A stretch of 34,173 bases of DNA, taken from NCBI GenBank assembly GCA_964554555.1, contig CAZKPI010000001.1, positions 4,178 to 38,350 of the forward strand, read 5' to 3'. Each line of letters begins with the position of its first letter. The first letter of the stretch is position 1. This DNA comes from an uncultured bacterium (lineage in GTDB: Bacteria > Muiribacteriota > Ozemobacteria > Ozemobacterales > Ozemobacteraceae). Position numbers and translations under genes: made by a program. Below, one piece after another: positions 1 through 8,465 of this stretch. Under the pieces are notes generated by a model. It did not search any database, was not told the DNA's origin, and saw only the letters and a list, made by a program, of their open reading frames with translations.

Positions 1-229
1 CCAGCACATAAAGGACGTGGGTCAGGGCGGAACGGGCAATGTTCAAGGTGCGGACCCGCTCATCGGAATGCACCACCTGCCGGGAGAAGGCCGAGGCGAG
101 GAAGTGGATGGCCCAGCCCAGGAGAATCAGGGCAGTCAGGATCGTCACCACCACGGGGATGGTGCCCCCCCGGTCGGGCCGCCGGAGCGATGGGCGCCAG
201 ACAGCCAGCAACAGCCGTATCGGGCTCAT
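1..229 (-). CDS. Partial CDS (first 76 codons, runs off the left edge): membrane-anchored protein with a GspK/PilX-like hydrophobic N-terminus
   Basis: Absent from the ORF track because it has no stop in the window. The ATG at 229-227 overlaps the TGA (228-226) of the upstream 482-aa gene (ATGA coupling). My translation is MSPIRLLLAVWRPSLRRPDRGGTIPVVVTILTALILLGWAIHFLASAFSRQVVHSDERVRTLNIARSALTHVLYVL. This gives a basic leader plus one hydrophobic helix, similar in layout to the N-terminus of the 405-aa protein at 11409-12626. Confidence 0.45.
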   Translation of the reverse strand, partial: MSPIRLLLAVWRPSLRRPDRGGTIPVVVTILTALILLGWAIHFLASAFSRQVVHSDERVRTLNIARSALTHVLYVL

Positions 230-1674
230 GGCGTGGCTCTCTCCGCCAGGCGGACAGCGAGACGCCCTGCTGTCACTCCGGCTTCCCGCAGGGACCGGAG
301 GGTTCGCACCGTCTGATCGAGCTGGGGATACTCATTCAGGAGGGCCCGGTCATCGCGGGCAAAGGCGACCTCCTGCAGATACAGCAGATGGAGGAAAGGG
401 TCCCGGTCCTGCCACCGGGCCAGGGACGCCCGGGCGAAGGCCTCGTAGGCCCCGGGCGGTTCGAGGCGAAGAGAAAACAGCAGGCGGCGGCTCTCGAGGA
501 CCTTGGCCCGCACCAGGTCCCGCTCCCGCAGGGGAAGCCAGGGCAGGAATCCATCCTGCTCAAGGACCTGGTAGGCGGCCTGGGTCCGCCGGATCCATGG
601 GACCAGCTGTTGTTCCTGGGTGCGGAACAGGGCCAGGGATTTGCCGATGGGAGCCATCGGAAGGTGGTCCAGCCGCGAGGGGATGAACTCCCGTTCCCAA
701 GAGGTGAGCTCGTCCGCCACCTCGCGCAAAACGAAGAAGAGCAGGCTGGCGGTCGTCTCGGTTTGACGTCCGATCATGAATTGCAGTCTGGCCAGTTCCG
801 GGGAAGGAGTTGCCCACAACAGGTCGCGCCGACGCTCAAGCGAGCGGATGCTATTCAGGGAAACCGCCATGGTGGCCACCAGCCGCTCCATGAGAAGGGC
901 GATTTTCCCTCCCCGCAGGGCCGTCTCGCGATCGCACCCGCGGATCTGGACCGCCTGGTCGAAGGTCTTGCCGGGAAGATCGGGAAACAGAGTCTCACGG
1001 ATGTCTGGCAAAAGCACGTCGGCTTCCCCGGAGATCGGCGAAGGGTCTTTCGGCCGGGGACCTGTCGGGTTGTACAGAAGGAGAGGGAGGGAGAACTGAC
1101 GCAAGGTTCCCTCGCGCCCCTCCTGCCAGTCGACCAGGACCTCGAGATGGGCCGCATGCTTTTTCCAGGAGGGGTCGGCCGTATCGCCCAAAGGAACAGC
1201 CAGACACTGGAGGCGGAAGGGCTGATATTGTGCATATTCGGCTTTGTCCGCGGCGGCCAGGCCCCCGTCCACACTTGCCGAGATCTGTCCCCATGGAGGG
1301 CGGCGATCGGCGATGAACCGAAAAAAGGGCGATTGTCCATCAACCACGGGAGACTCGTTCTCAAATTCCGGATACCATCGGAAGAGAGGAAGGATGGTGC
1401 CATGGACGCGGGTGAGTTCGGTCAGGTCCCCGACCACTTTTGACGCCAGCTCCATGGCGGAAAAGCTCCTGGCGGTAAAGGCGGCCTGGGACCCGGAAGA
1501 GCTCAACACGCGAGAGATCACCAACGCCAGCGCCGCAAACAGAACAATCCCGACCAGGACCTCAACCAGCGAAAACCCCCCCCGCTGGCCAAAGGAGCAA
1601 CCTCCCTGCCGATCGCTGACAGGATGACACAGTGATCCGGTTGGGCCTTTCATAGTCCTACCACTTTCCTTCAT
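226..1674 (-). CDS. Oversized pseudopilin-like protein with a prepilin-type (class III) signal peptide, 482 aa
   Basis: The N-terminus QRGG|FSLVEVLVGIVLFAALALVISRVL has G at -1, E at +5 and about 20 hydrophobic residues. It is a paralogue of 10000-11412 (AFTARSFSAMELASKVVGDLTE vs AFSAEHFTAIVLSQKVMQDLTQ; FFRFIADRRPPWGQISASVDGG vs FFSSLEDRREPWRQIDPRIDGG). The start is ATG 1674 or ATG 1653; the latter has GAAGGAAAG upstream. Confidence 0.8.
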   Translation of the reverse strand: MKESGRTMKGPTGSLCHPVSDRQGGCSFGQRGGFSLVEVLVGIVLFAALALVISRVLSSSGSQAAFTARSFSAMELASKVVGDLTELTRVHGTILPLFRWYPEFENESPVVDGQSPFFRFIADRRPPWGQISASVDGGLAAADKAEYAQYQPFRLQCLAVPLGDTADPSWKKHAAHLEVLVDWQEGREGTLRQFSLPLLLYNPTGPRPKDPSPISGEADVLLPDIRETLFPDLPGKTFDQAVQIRGCDRETALRGGKIALLMERLVATMAVSLNSIRSLERRRDLLWATPSPELARLQFMIGRQTETTASLLFFVLREVADELTSWEREFIPSRLDHLPMAPIGKSLALFRTQEQQLVPWIRRTQAAYQVLEQDGFLPWLPLRERDLVRAKVLESRRLLFSLRLEPPGAYEAFARASLARWQDRDPFLHLLYLQEVAFARDDRALLNEYPQLDQTVRTLRSLREAGVTAGRLAVRLAERATP

Positions 1675-1954
1675 GGGATCTCGGGGGATGGTTTAGGGAT
1701 GGCGGATCACTGGTCGAGAGCCCTCTCCAACTCATTTCCGGGATACGCGGGGATCTTCCGGGGAAGGGTGGAGGGGGCTCAAACCCTCAACCGGTCAACA
1801 TTTTATCTGAAATGAAAGAACTTTTCCATGGCGGGGTGCCCAGGGCAGGAAAAATCGGGCGATCCCCCCCTCCAAATGCCCTAAACCTTGGGCGGTCATT
1901 CCATGGTAAAACATGAGGAGAACCAGTTCACGGAGGGAAAGAGGAGAGAGCGCT
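1675..1954. promoter_or_regulatory. Divergent intergenic region, likely carrying promoters for the minus-strand pseudopilin genes and the plus-strand cassette 1
   Basis: This is a 280-nt non-coding gap between divergently oriented genes. It contains the most AT-rich stretch of the left end (caacattttatctgaaatgaaagaacttttcc, about 1797-1828). I could not identify a convincing -35/-10 pair. Confidence 0.3.
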
Positions 1955-3709
1955 ATGAAACAACATCGTTCTGGGTGGGCCGCCCTGGTCCTGATCATCG
2001 TCCTGCCCTGCCTGTGGGGAGTGGGAAATCGCTCCCTTGGCCAAACCATTATGGAGACAAAGCCGGCAGGGGATGTCTCCCAATATGAATCGGTCCAGGA
2101 GATCAATCAGGCCCTTCAGCAGGAAGGTTTGTGCGCGTGGTGCCGAGCCAATCTCGCCAAGGCCTACTTCGACAAGACCAAGGATGGCACGCGAGGCACC
2201 CGGGGAGCCGCCGACGAGGGGGCCGCGGACCCCGGCGTCATCGCGCAAACGCTTGCCCAGGCCTACATTGAACAGGGGAAATACCAGGAAGCCCAGAACG
2301 TCGCCAAGGATGTTGGTGCCAAGGATTGGCTCAAGAGCGACGACTACCAGCACTATTTCGGGGACAATGGTGTTCTGACCAACGAAATCTCCAAAGGTCT
2401 GGAGAAACAGGAAAAATACTACGGAGAGGGCGGACCCGTGCAGACCGCCAAGACCAAACTCGAGAAAGCCCTTTCCGACATGGAGACCGCCAAGACCGAC
2501 ATGCAGACCGCCCAGGACAAATTGAAGGAGGTCGAGACGGCCAAAGAGGAAATGGAAAAGGCGGAGAAAACCTTGAATGAGGCGAAGTCTGCCGTCGAGG
2601 CGGCGGGAGACAACGCGACAGAGGAGCAGAAAGCGGCCGTCGAGGAAGCCCAGAAAGCATTTGACGAGGCGAAGAAGAAGTATGACGATCTCAAGAAGGA
2701 TGCCGAACAGAAAGTCAAGGACGCCGAAAAAAAGTATGAAGACACCATGAAGGCGATCAACGAAACCGCTGACAAGTTCGTGCAGGATGGCGCCAGCTTC
2801 AAGGATTTCTTCACCAACGCCGCCAAGGATAATGAGATCCTGGGCGATGTCTTCGACAAGGTCCAGGCGGCCGTCAAAGACGCTTCCAGCGTCTACAAGG
2901 ACATGAGCTCCTCCGGGAAGGACCTCCTGACCGGCGGGAAAGATGGTTCTGGCGCATACACTCCGAGCAAGGGAGCCAGCCAGGGGGTGAGCGATCTCGC
3001 CCTGCGGGCCTTCAGCCGCCGGGCAAGCGAGGCCCCGTCCCAGCACCTCAACGGGGGCAAGGAATGGGCCGACCGTCTGGGTTGGGCCGGAGTGGGGGAG
3101 GAGGGAAAACCGGGAGGCTGTACCTGCAAAGGCTGGAACCGATCGGCCCCCACCCGTTCGGCAGACACGGGAAACCTGGACACGGCACAATCCACTCCCG
3201 AACCAGAGAAGAAAGGCGACAGACCAAGAGACTACAGTGATACGTTGAAGGAATGGGGCAAAAAGGCCGGTGATCAGATCAAGAAACTCGGTGGCACACC
3301 CCCCGAACCCGGAACAGAGGCGGCACGCGACCTCGCCAACCGACTGCGGGGCCGGGACGCAACGGATGAGGAGGTCCGCCAGGCGGCGGAGGACCTGTGC
3401 CCCGAAGCCCTTGTTCCGGGAGCCAAAACCCGCCAGGAGGCCAAGCAGTCCCTGATCGAGGAGCGGCTGAAGAAAAATGGCCTGCCGACAGACCATCTTC
3501 CCGCCGCCGACAGCTATTTCTGGTCCCAGGCTTGGCAGTGCCGCAACAATCCTGATGCCCTGAAAACCCTTGTCGAAAGGAACACCCGGGAAGAACCCTC
3601 CACGGCCGACAAGCCCTCCAATGAATGGAGAAAACCGGAAGAGGTCAAAGAGGGGGTCAAAAAGATCAAGGAGTATGGTGTCGAGTCCGGTTTGAACCTG
3701 GACGAATAG
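1955..3709 (+). CDS. Secreted K/E/A-rich coiled-coil protein (584 aa from ATG 1955)
   Basis: ATG 1955 is preceded by GGAGGGAAAGAGGAGAG. The signal-like N-terminus is MKQHRSGWAALVLIIVLPCLWGV. A long heptad-like charged region follows (KLEKALSDMETAKTDMQTAQDKLKEVETAKEEMEKAEKTLNEAKSAVEAA...). It shares architecture and gene position with 18122-19924. The track ORF starts at 1913. Confidence 0.8.
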   Translation: MKQHRSGWAALVLIIVLPCLWGVGNRSLGQTIMETKPAGDVSQYESVQEINQALQQEGLCAWCRANLAKAYFDKTKDGTRGTRGAADEGAADPGVIAQTLAQAYIEQGKYQEAQNVAKDVGAKDWLKSDDYQHYFGDNGVLTNEISKGLEKQEKYYGEGGPVQTAKTKLEKALSDMETAKTDMQTAQDKLKEVETAKEEMEKAEKTLNEAKSAVEAAGDNATEEQKAAVEEAQKAFDEAKKKYDDLKKDAEQKVKDAEKKYEDTMKAINETADKFVQDGASFKDFFTNAAKDNEILGDVFDKVQAAVKDASSVYKDMSSSGKDLLTGGKDGSGAYTPSKGASQGVSDLALRAFSRRASEAPSQHLNGGKEWADRLGWAGVGEEGKPGGCTCKGWNRSAPTRSADTGNLDTAQSTPEPEKKGDRPRDYSDTLKEWGKKAGDQIKKLGGTPPEPGTEAARDLANRLRGRDATDEEVRQAAEDLCPEALVPGAKTRQEAKQSLIEERLKKNGLPTDHLPAADSYFWSQAWQCRNNPDALKTLVERNTREEPSTADKPSNEWRKPEEVKEGVKKIKEYGVESGLNLDE

Positions 3710-3728
3710 GAACGCAGGGTGGATACGC

Positions 3729-3770
3729 GCCGGGGGGGCTCACCACAAGGATCCCGTGAGTTCCCCCGGC
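3729..3770 (+). terminator. GC-rich stem-loop 20 nt after the coiled-coil gene stop (possible terminator, attenuator or mRNA stabiliser)
   Basis: GCCGGGGGGGCTCAC (3729-3743) pairs with GTGAGTTCCCCCGGC (3756-3770). This gives 15 bp including two G-U wobbles, with a 12-nt loop. Only TT follows the stem, so it is not a canonical U-tract terminator. Confidence 0.35.
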
Positions 3771-3855
3771 TTCCTGGTCCCGAAAAGATGACAAGGGAGA
3801 CCCCGGTCTTGGTTCACAAGGCGGCCGATTCCATCCTGAAATCATGGAGGTCATC

Positions 3856-4458
3856 ATGAGAAAACGTTCCGAACGAAGGGAAGCCGGCCATGACCCTTCC
3901 ACGCCAGGGACGGCGGGACGACGGGCGAGTCTCGCGCCATGCCAGAGGCCCGTCCGTCCAAAGGGGGAATGTTGCCTTGCCCTGATGATCGCTCTGCTGG
4001 CGGTTTTCACCCCCCTGGCCAGGGCCGCCGACCAGGATGGTTCAGCCTTGGCCAAAGAACTGGGCGAGACGCTCCGGCCAGACAGCCCCGTGGGCAACAC
4101 CAATCCCACCCTTCCCGACGATTTCCAATTCCTGTGGAAAAGCGTCGCGGTGGTTCTCCCCGATGGCTCCATCGGCCATTTCCTGTTCCTCACCCCCGTG
4201 ATCCACCCCGATACCCCTCCAGCCCCCAAGGGCCCGGGCAATGACCTCCCGTCCTTTTCCCGGATCGCCCCCTCGCCCGGGCGAGAGCAACCCGAGACCA
4301 TCTCCGCCGCCGGCAGTACGGCGGGAGAATCGATAACCGCCGGGGAACTCAAACAATGGCAGAGGGAAAAAGTGGAGGAAGCCCTTCGCACCCGCCCCGG
4401 CCTGCCAATCCTGGTGCCGGTGAAAATCGGGCAGGAAACCCGCACGGAAGGAAAATAG
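3856..4458 (+). CDS. Small secreted or membrane-anchored hypothetical protein (200 aa from ATG 3856)
   Basis: GGAGG at 3846-3850 lies 5 nt upstream of ATG 3856. A hydrophobic segment CCLALMIALLAVFTPLARA|AD resembles a signal peptide with an A-x-A site. It sits in the same position as the 341-aa secreted protein of cassette 2. I recognise no domain. Confidence 0.6.
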   Translation: MRKRSERREAGHDPSTPGTAGRRASLAPCQRPVRPKGECCLALMIALLAVFTPLARAADQDGSALAKELGETLRPDSPVGNTNPTLPDDFQFLWKSVAVVLPDGSIGHFLFLTPVIHPDTPPAPKGPGNDLPSFSRIAPSPGREQPETISAAGSTAGESITAGELKQWQREKVEEALRTRPGLPILVPVKIGQETRTEGK

Positions 4459-4485
4459 GCCACGAAGGACACCAGCCACGCCCCC

Positions 4486-6951
4486 ATGCCGCCAGGACAC
4501 CCCAACGCCATCCTCGCAGGACCTCTCCCCTGGAAACCACCCTCCAGGAAGGGATTCGTCCTCGGAATCGCCGTCCTGGTCATGGCTGTCCTGACCATCC
4601 TGATTTTCTCCTTCAGCCGGATCGCCCGGAGCCAGGCTGTGGAGACCCACCACCACCTCTTGACCAAGACCGCCGATCTCCTGGCCCGTTCGGCCATGGA
4701 GATCGTGGTTTCCCGCCTGGGCAGTGGATTCGAGGACACCCTCCTGCGCGAGGCGGCCGCTCTGTATGAGCCCTCCCGCACCCCCGGCCAACCGATTTCC
4801 GTCGGAGAGACCCTGGCCGACGAACTCCGACGGGACCTGAATGTTTTTTTCGGACAGTGCGAAGAGATCCATCCTCTCCCCGGCCTGGACCGCGAGCCTC
4901 CCACCTGCACCCAAGTAAAGATCGAGTTCCAACCCAAACAGCCATTGATTCCCAATTTCCAGGCGGGTCTGGCACGGGATCCTGTGGAAAAGTGGGGAGA
5001 ATTCACCGTTTCCTGTTCGGTCTCCTACCACGGCTTAACCCGCCAGGGAACGGCCGGCCGCCGGTTCTTCCTGGTCAGCATGGTCCCTGGCCCCTACTGC
5101 CGGTTCACCCTGTTTGCCCCCTTCACCCCCTGGGAGTTCTCCTACAATGCGCTCGGGGTGGACAGCGCCGGGAACGTCGATACCACGTATGTTCACCCTT
5201 GGCCCAGACCCATCGCCTTTTCCGGCCCCCTGATCCTGAAGAATGCCACCAGCCCCCAAGCCGTTCCCGCCCCTGATGACGCCCGGGACCTGGAGAATCA
5301 CGGCTGGGTCTTTCTGGGCCCCGCCCCCAAAAAAGGCGAGTCCACCCGCTCGGAGCCGGTGTTCCTGAAACTCCCCGAGGGCTATCACCCGGTTACGGGC
5401 GGGAACTTCCATTACAAGCTTCCTCCCCTGGAAGTCGGTCCCCAAAAAATCCAGGTTCTTCCTCCCGAGAGGGTCGTCGACCCTGAGAACCTGGTTTCCC
5501 CAGAGGAAAAGGGGTTTTCCGAATTCAGCTGGGGAACGCGCTATCAGGGCTTCTTCACCAACTACATGGGAGACCGGGCCGGAGCTCATAGTCTCCTGCT
5601 GTGGGACGTTCTCACCGGCCCCCGCTGGCTGTGCGCCTCCTCCTGGCTCATGCCCTACGGGAACGGGGAGTTCCCCTCGCGCACCCTGATCGTCGGCCCC
5701 GTCCTGGCGGGCTATCTGAAACTGTATTTCATCAAGGGCCAGTTCCCGGACGGCAAAAAATACGCTGGCATCATCCGGGGGGTTCCCGTCCAGGAGGCCT
5801 ACGACTCACGGAAAAGAATCGACACCATCCCCCAATATGTCCTTCCCGTCGACTTTCTCTACAACTCGCTCTTCAAAAAACCCACCACCACCCCCATCGG
5901 ATGGGACAGCTTCCAGAAAGTCTACCCGTATTCCTCCATTCCCCATCCCCGAAAAATGGGACCGCTCGAACACCCCGTGGCCTTCAACCGATACTTCGAT
6001 TTTATGAAATACGAGGCCGGCACCAACCCGGACAAGCCACTGCCCCCAATGGATGAACAGCCGTCTCTGGCCGGCACCGTCTACGATGACAAGCCGCGCT
6101 GTGTGCCCTGCGCCTCCCGCATGCGGACGCCCCAGCTTGCCCAGGTCAAGGGCCTTCATCCCTCCGAAAACGTCAAGATCATGCTCCCCAAACGCAAGGG
6201 AGTCCCGGATACGGACAACGATGCGATCTTCTTCCATGGGTCCCTGAAAGAGTACGATATCCAAAATCACAAGAAAGAAGGATTGTACTACCGGGTCACC
6301 CATGTCATCGACTTGTCCGAGATCGATCCCGGAAAGGAGCAGGCCAGGTTCCAGGACGAGGTGTTCCGCCCCGCCACCCCCGACGACCCCTGCCCTGCCG
6401 GCTCTTGGATACCCAAGCGGTCAGGGATCATCGCCGTCCTTCGCCGGACGGCCGGCGACCTTCCCCCCTTGGAATTCCCCGGAAAGATCTTCGTAAACAG
6501 GTCCATGGTCCTGCTGATCCCGAAGGGGGACGTCGTGATTCCCGCCACCATTACCACAGGCACGCCCCCGCGTCTCCAGAATCTGTTCTCCCTCATCCTG
6601 GCCGGCGGCGATATCAGGCTCGGGCCCGAGGTGGAGGAGATCCATGGCTATCTCGCCGCCCTCCGGCCGGGGCCAGGCTTCCAAGCCGGCGGGGGCCGGA
6701 TCCTGTCGGTGGCTCCTCCCCATCCCAAGCCGCTCGCCATCGTTGGCGGGCTGGCCGCCTGGGAAATGGGTCTGTATTACGAGGCCGGCCAAGACCCCCG
6801 ATCCGTCGGCACCACCATGGAGCATTTCCCGCAAGGCGGAACGATAACGTATAATGGATATCTCAACCCAGCTTCCCCACTGTATCACCGCTCCCTTACC
6901 CTGATCTATGAGGATCAACCATGGACGGTAACCTTCTCCGGAGGATCCTGA
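4486..6951 (+). CDS. Large N-terminally anchored protein, cassette 1 (821 aa); unrecognised family, GspK/PilY1-position analogue
   Basis: The N-terminus RKGFVLGIAVLVMAVLTILIF is pilin-like but lacks Glu+5. It is strongly similar to 14464-17004 and 32731-34173: LVSMVPGPYCRFTLFAPFTPW, GWVFLGPAP, TGGNFHYKLPP, CASSWLMPYGNGEFPSRTLIVGPVLAGYLK, AFNRYFDFMKY, GTTMEHFPQGGTITYN. Confidence 0.85.
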   Translation: MPPGHPNAILAGPLPWKPPSRKGFVLGIAVLVMAVLTILIFSFSRIARSQAVETHHHLLTKTADLLARSAMEIVVSRLGSGFEDTLLREAAALYEPSRTPGQPISVGETLADELRRDLNVFFGQCEEIHPLPGLDREPPTCTQVKIEFQPKQPLIPNFQAGLARDPVEKWGEFTVSCSVSYHGLTRQGTAGRRFFLVSMVPGPYCRFTLFAPFTPWEFSYNALGVDSAGNVDTTYVHPWPRPIAFSGPLILKNATSPQAVPAPDDARDLENHGWVFLGPAPKKGESTRSEPVFLKLPEGYHPVTGGNFHYKLPPLEVGPQKIQVLPPERVVDPENLVSPEEKGFSEFSWGTRYQGFFTNYMGDRAGAHSLLLWDVLTGPRWLCASSWLMPYGNGEFPSRTLIVGPVLAGYLKLYFIKGQFPDGKKYAGIIRGVPVQEAYDSRKRIDTIPQYVLPVDFLYNSLFKKPTTTPIGWDSFQKVYPYSSIPHPRKMGPLEHPVAFNRYFDFMKYEAGTNPDKPLPPMDEQPSLAGTVYDDKPRCVPCASRMRTPQLAQVKGLHPSENVKIMLPKRKGVPDTDNDAIFFHGSLKEYDIQNHKKEGLYYRVTHVIDLSEIDPGKEQARFQDEVFRPATPDDPCPAGSWIPKRSGIIAVLRRTAGDLPPLEFPGKIFVNRSMVLLIPKGDVVIPATITTGTPPRLQNLFSLILAGGDIRLGPEVEEIHGYLAALRPGPGFQAGGGRILSVAPPHPKPLAIVGGLAAWEMGLYYEAGQDPRSVGTTMEHFPQGGTITYNGYLNPASPLYHRSLTLIYEDQPWTVTFSGGS

Positions 6952-7502
6952 CCCCTCGACGTCCCCCAAAACCGGGAGGCGTCTCGATGGTGGAGATCAT
7001 GGTCACCCTCACGGTCATCGGTTTGGCCATCGCCCCTTTGTTCGGCCTTCTCAACGTCTCCAGCCAGCAGACCCAGACCTCGATGTCTTTCTTCCTGGCG
7101 GCCCAATATGCCGACGAGATAGCCCAACAACTGTTCCAGCTCGGCCCGGTCATCCCCCAGATCGTGGCCGAGGCCGCCTCGGGCACCACTGGCCTGGCCC
7201 CCGGCTTCCTCGATCTCCTGTCCGACAAGGAGTTCCTCCAGGACTTCCAGCAGGCTGATCAGTTTTTTCGGCTGGTCCCCTTCCGCCACCAGGGCAAAAA
7301 GCTCCAGGCCTACCTGGTCCTCTCCCCCCTGGAAGGCCATTTCCTGGAAAGGTATCTGGTCATCTCCCGAATCGATGCCTCCAAAACCACCCACCTGGGA
7401 ACCGGCCAGCACATCAAAATCGACATCTGCCTTTCCTGGAGGGATGCCCCTTCCAGGCCGATCCAGAAGGCCGCCTTCCCGATCATCCTGAAATTGTCAT
7501 GA
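6921..7502 (+). CDS. Pseudopilin (prepilin-type signal), GspI-size class, cassette 1 (193 aa)
   Basis: KPGG|VSMVEIMVTLTVIGLAIAPLFGLL has E at +5. Paralogues are 13883-14467 and 32207-32734 (QTSMSFFLAAQYADEIAQQL vs ANVSMYYLLAMHYADEMAQQL). It overlaps the 821-aa gene by 31 nt. Confidence 0.8.
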   Translation: MDGNLLRRILTPRRPPKPGGVSMVEIMVTLTVIGLAIAPLFGLLNVSSQQTQTSMSFFLAAQYADEIAQQLFQLGPVIPQIVAEAASGTTGLAPGFLDLLSDKEFLQDFQQADQFFRLVPFRHQGKKLQAYLVLSPLEGHFLERYLVISRIDASKTTHLGTGQHIKIDICLSWRDAPSRPIQKAAFPIILKLS

Positions 7503-8152
7503 CCCGGTTCCAGACCGCCCGCCACGCCCCCCCCCGGGGCTTCACCCTTCCCGAGGTGGTCTTTGTTGTCCTGTTGGCCTCCCTCGTCGCCAGCATCATC
7601 TCCAATGTGTTCTTTCAGGGGTTCCGTCAGACCGCCAAGGGAACCGACCGCCTGGATTCCATCCGGGCCTTCTCCCTGCTGGCCGAGGCGATCCGGAAGG
7701 ATGTCGCCAACTCCCTCAAGATCACTCCCCCCCCCACCGAACTGTACCCCGAAGAATTGTTGATTCCGGGTGATGTCGAGATGGCTTCCTCCCTCGGTGT
7801 GGATCTGTCAGAGGGTGGAAAGGTGGAGTATTCCATGGTCCCGGGAACCGCTTCCAAAGCCTCGTCCATCCAACGGGTCCAAAGAAACCCTTTGGGCGAG
7901 ACCGTCTCGCAAAAGTTGTTTGCCGCCGGCCGCACCAGATCTTTCAAGGTCCTCCATCTCGTGAAAAGGGTCAACGTGGGGGGATTGGCGCAGGAGTTGG
8001 ACCACGTCCTGGTCCAGATCGACCTCGACTCCCAGGACCCACGGTTCCCCGCCAACACCCTGACCTTCTTCCATGTCTTCGTGAGCGACCGCCTGCCGGG
8101 GTCCTCCTGGAACGACCGCAGCCGGGTTCTCCCTCCCCTGTCCGAACCTTGA
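7499..8152 (+). CDS. Pseudopilin (prepilin-type signal), GspJ-size class, cassette 1 (217 aa)
   Basis: PPRG|FTLPEVVFVVLLASLVASII has E at +5. It has an ATGA overlap with the upstream gene at 7499-7502. Paralogues are 13221-13886 and 30137-30832 (AKGTDRLDSIRAFSLLAEAIRKDVANS vs VKGKDRLDSIRAVTILLARMKEDLANC; DSQDPRFPANTL vs DTNDPRFPGSRL). Confidence 0.85.
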   Translation: MTRFQTARHAPPRGFTLPEVVFVVLLASLVASIISNVFFQGFRQTAKGTDRLDSIRAFSLLAEAIRKDVANSLKITPPPTELYPEELLIPGDVEMASSLGVDLSEGGKVEYSMVPGTASKASSIQRVQRNPLGETVSQKLFAAGRTRSFKVLHLVKRVNVGGLAQELDHVLVQIDLDSQDPRFPANTLTFFHVFVSDRLPGSSWNDRSRVLPPLSEP

Positions 8153-8368
8153 AAAAGGCCTGATTCCCTTCCCACCGATCCCCCCGCTCCTCGCCCCCGC
8201 CCCAAAACGGCCGATCTCCCGAGCCGCTGACTGCCTGGTGGAGTTGAGGCTGATCCCCCATCCAGAATCCGCCTCTCCGGCAGGCGGAACGCCGTTGCCA
8301 GATTCGCCGGCGGAAAAAAACATCCCCCGGGACAATGAGATCCATCCCATTGTTTCCCTCATCCAGCC

Positions 8369-8457
8369 CTTGAAAATACAGAATTCTTGAATTGGACTGA
8401 ACCTTGGAACCCGCCGCCGCAGTATTGGAATGCCAAACCCCAAATCTTGTTCCAAGG
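8369..8457 (+). promoter_or_regulatory. AT-richer segment with reiterated TTG(G)AA hexamers upstream of the C11 peptidase gene; candidate promoter or operator
   Basis: CTTGAA occurs at 8369 and 8386, CTTGGAA at 8403 and ATTGGAA at 8424, spaced about 17, 17 and 21 nt apart. The palindrome CTTGTTCCAAG lies at 8446-8456, and AAGGAG (SD) lies just before ATG 8466. The segment sits in a 313-nt non-coding gap. Confidence 0.3.
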
Positions 8458-8465
8458 AGCACACC

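Noticed and set aside
190-1443. 417-aa plus-strand ORF, and other ORFs at 39-686, 3666-5006, 4042-5031, 10147-11565, 11598-12698 and 12448-13527
   Set aside because: All are antisense or out of frame relative to genes supported by motifs and paralogy. Their composition is dominated by Arg, Gly and Pro.
1928-3496. 522-aa minus-strand ORF antisense to the coiled-coil gene (and similar ORFs at 2419-2877, 17927-18991 and 19167-19582)
   Set aside because: The L/F/G/V-rich sequence is simply the reverse complement of AAG/GAG/GCC-rich coiled-coil codons. It has no start context or operon logic.
8268-8288. 7-bp hairpin TCCGCCT/AGGCGGA, and a similar 7-bp hairpin at 26162-26184
   Set aside because: Short stems like these are expected by chance in GC-rich DNA. 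No U-tract follows either one.
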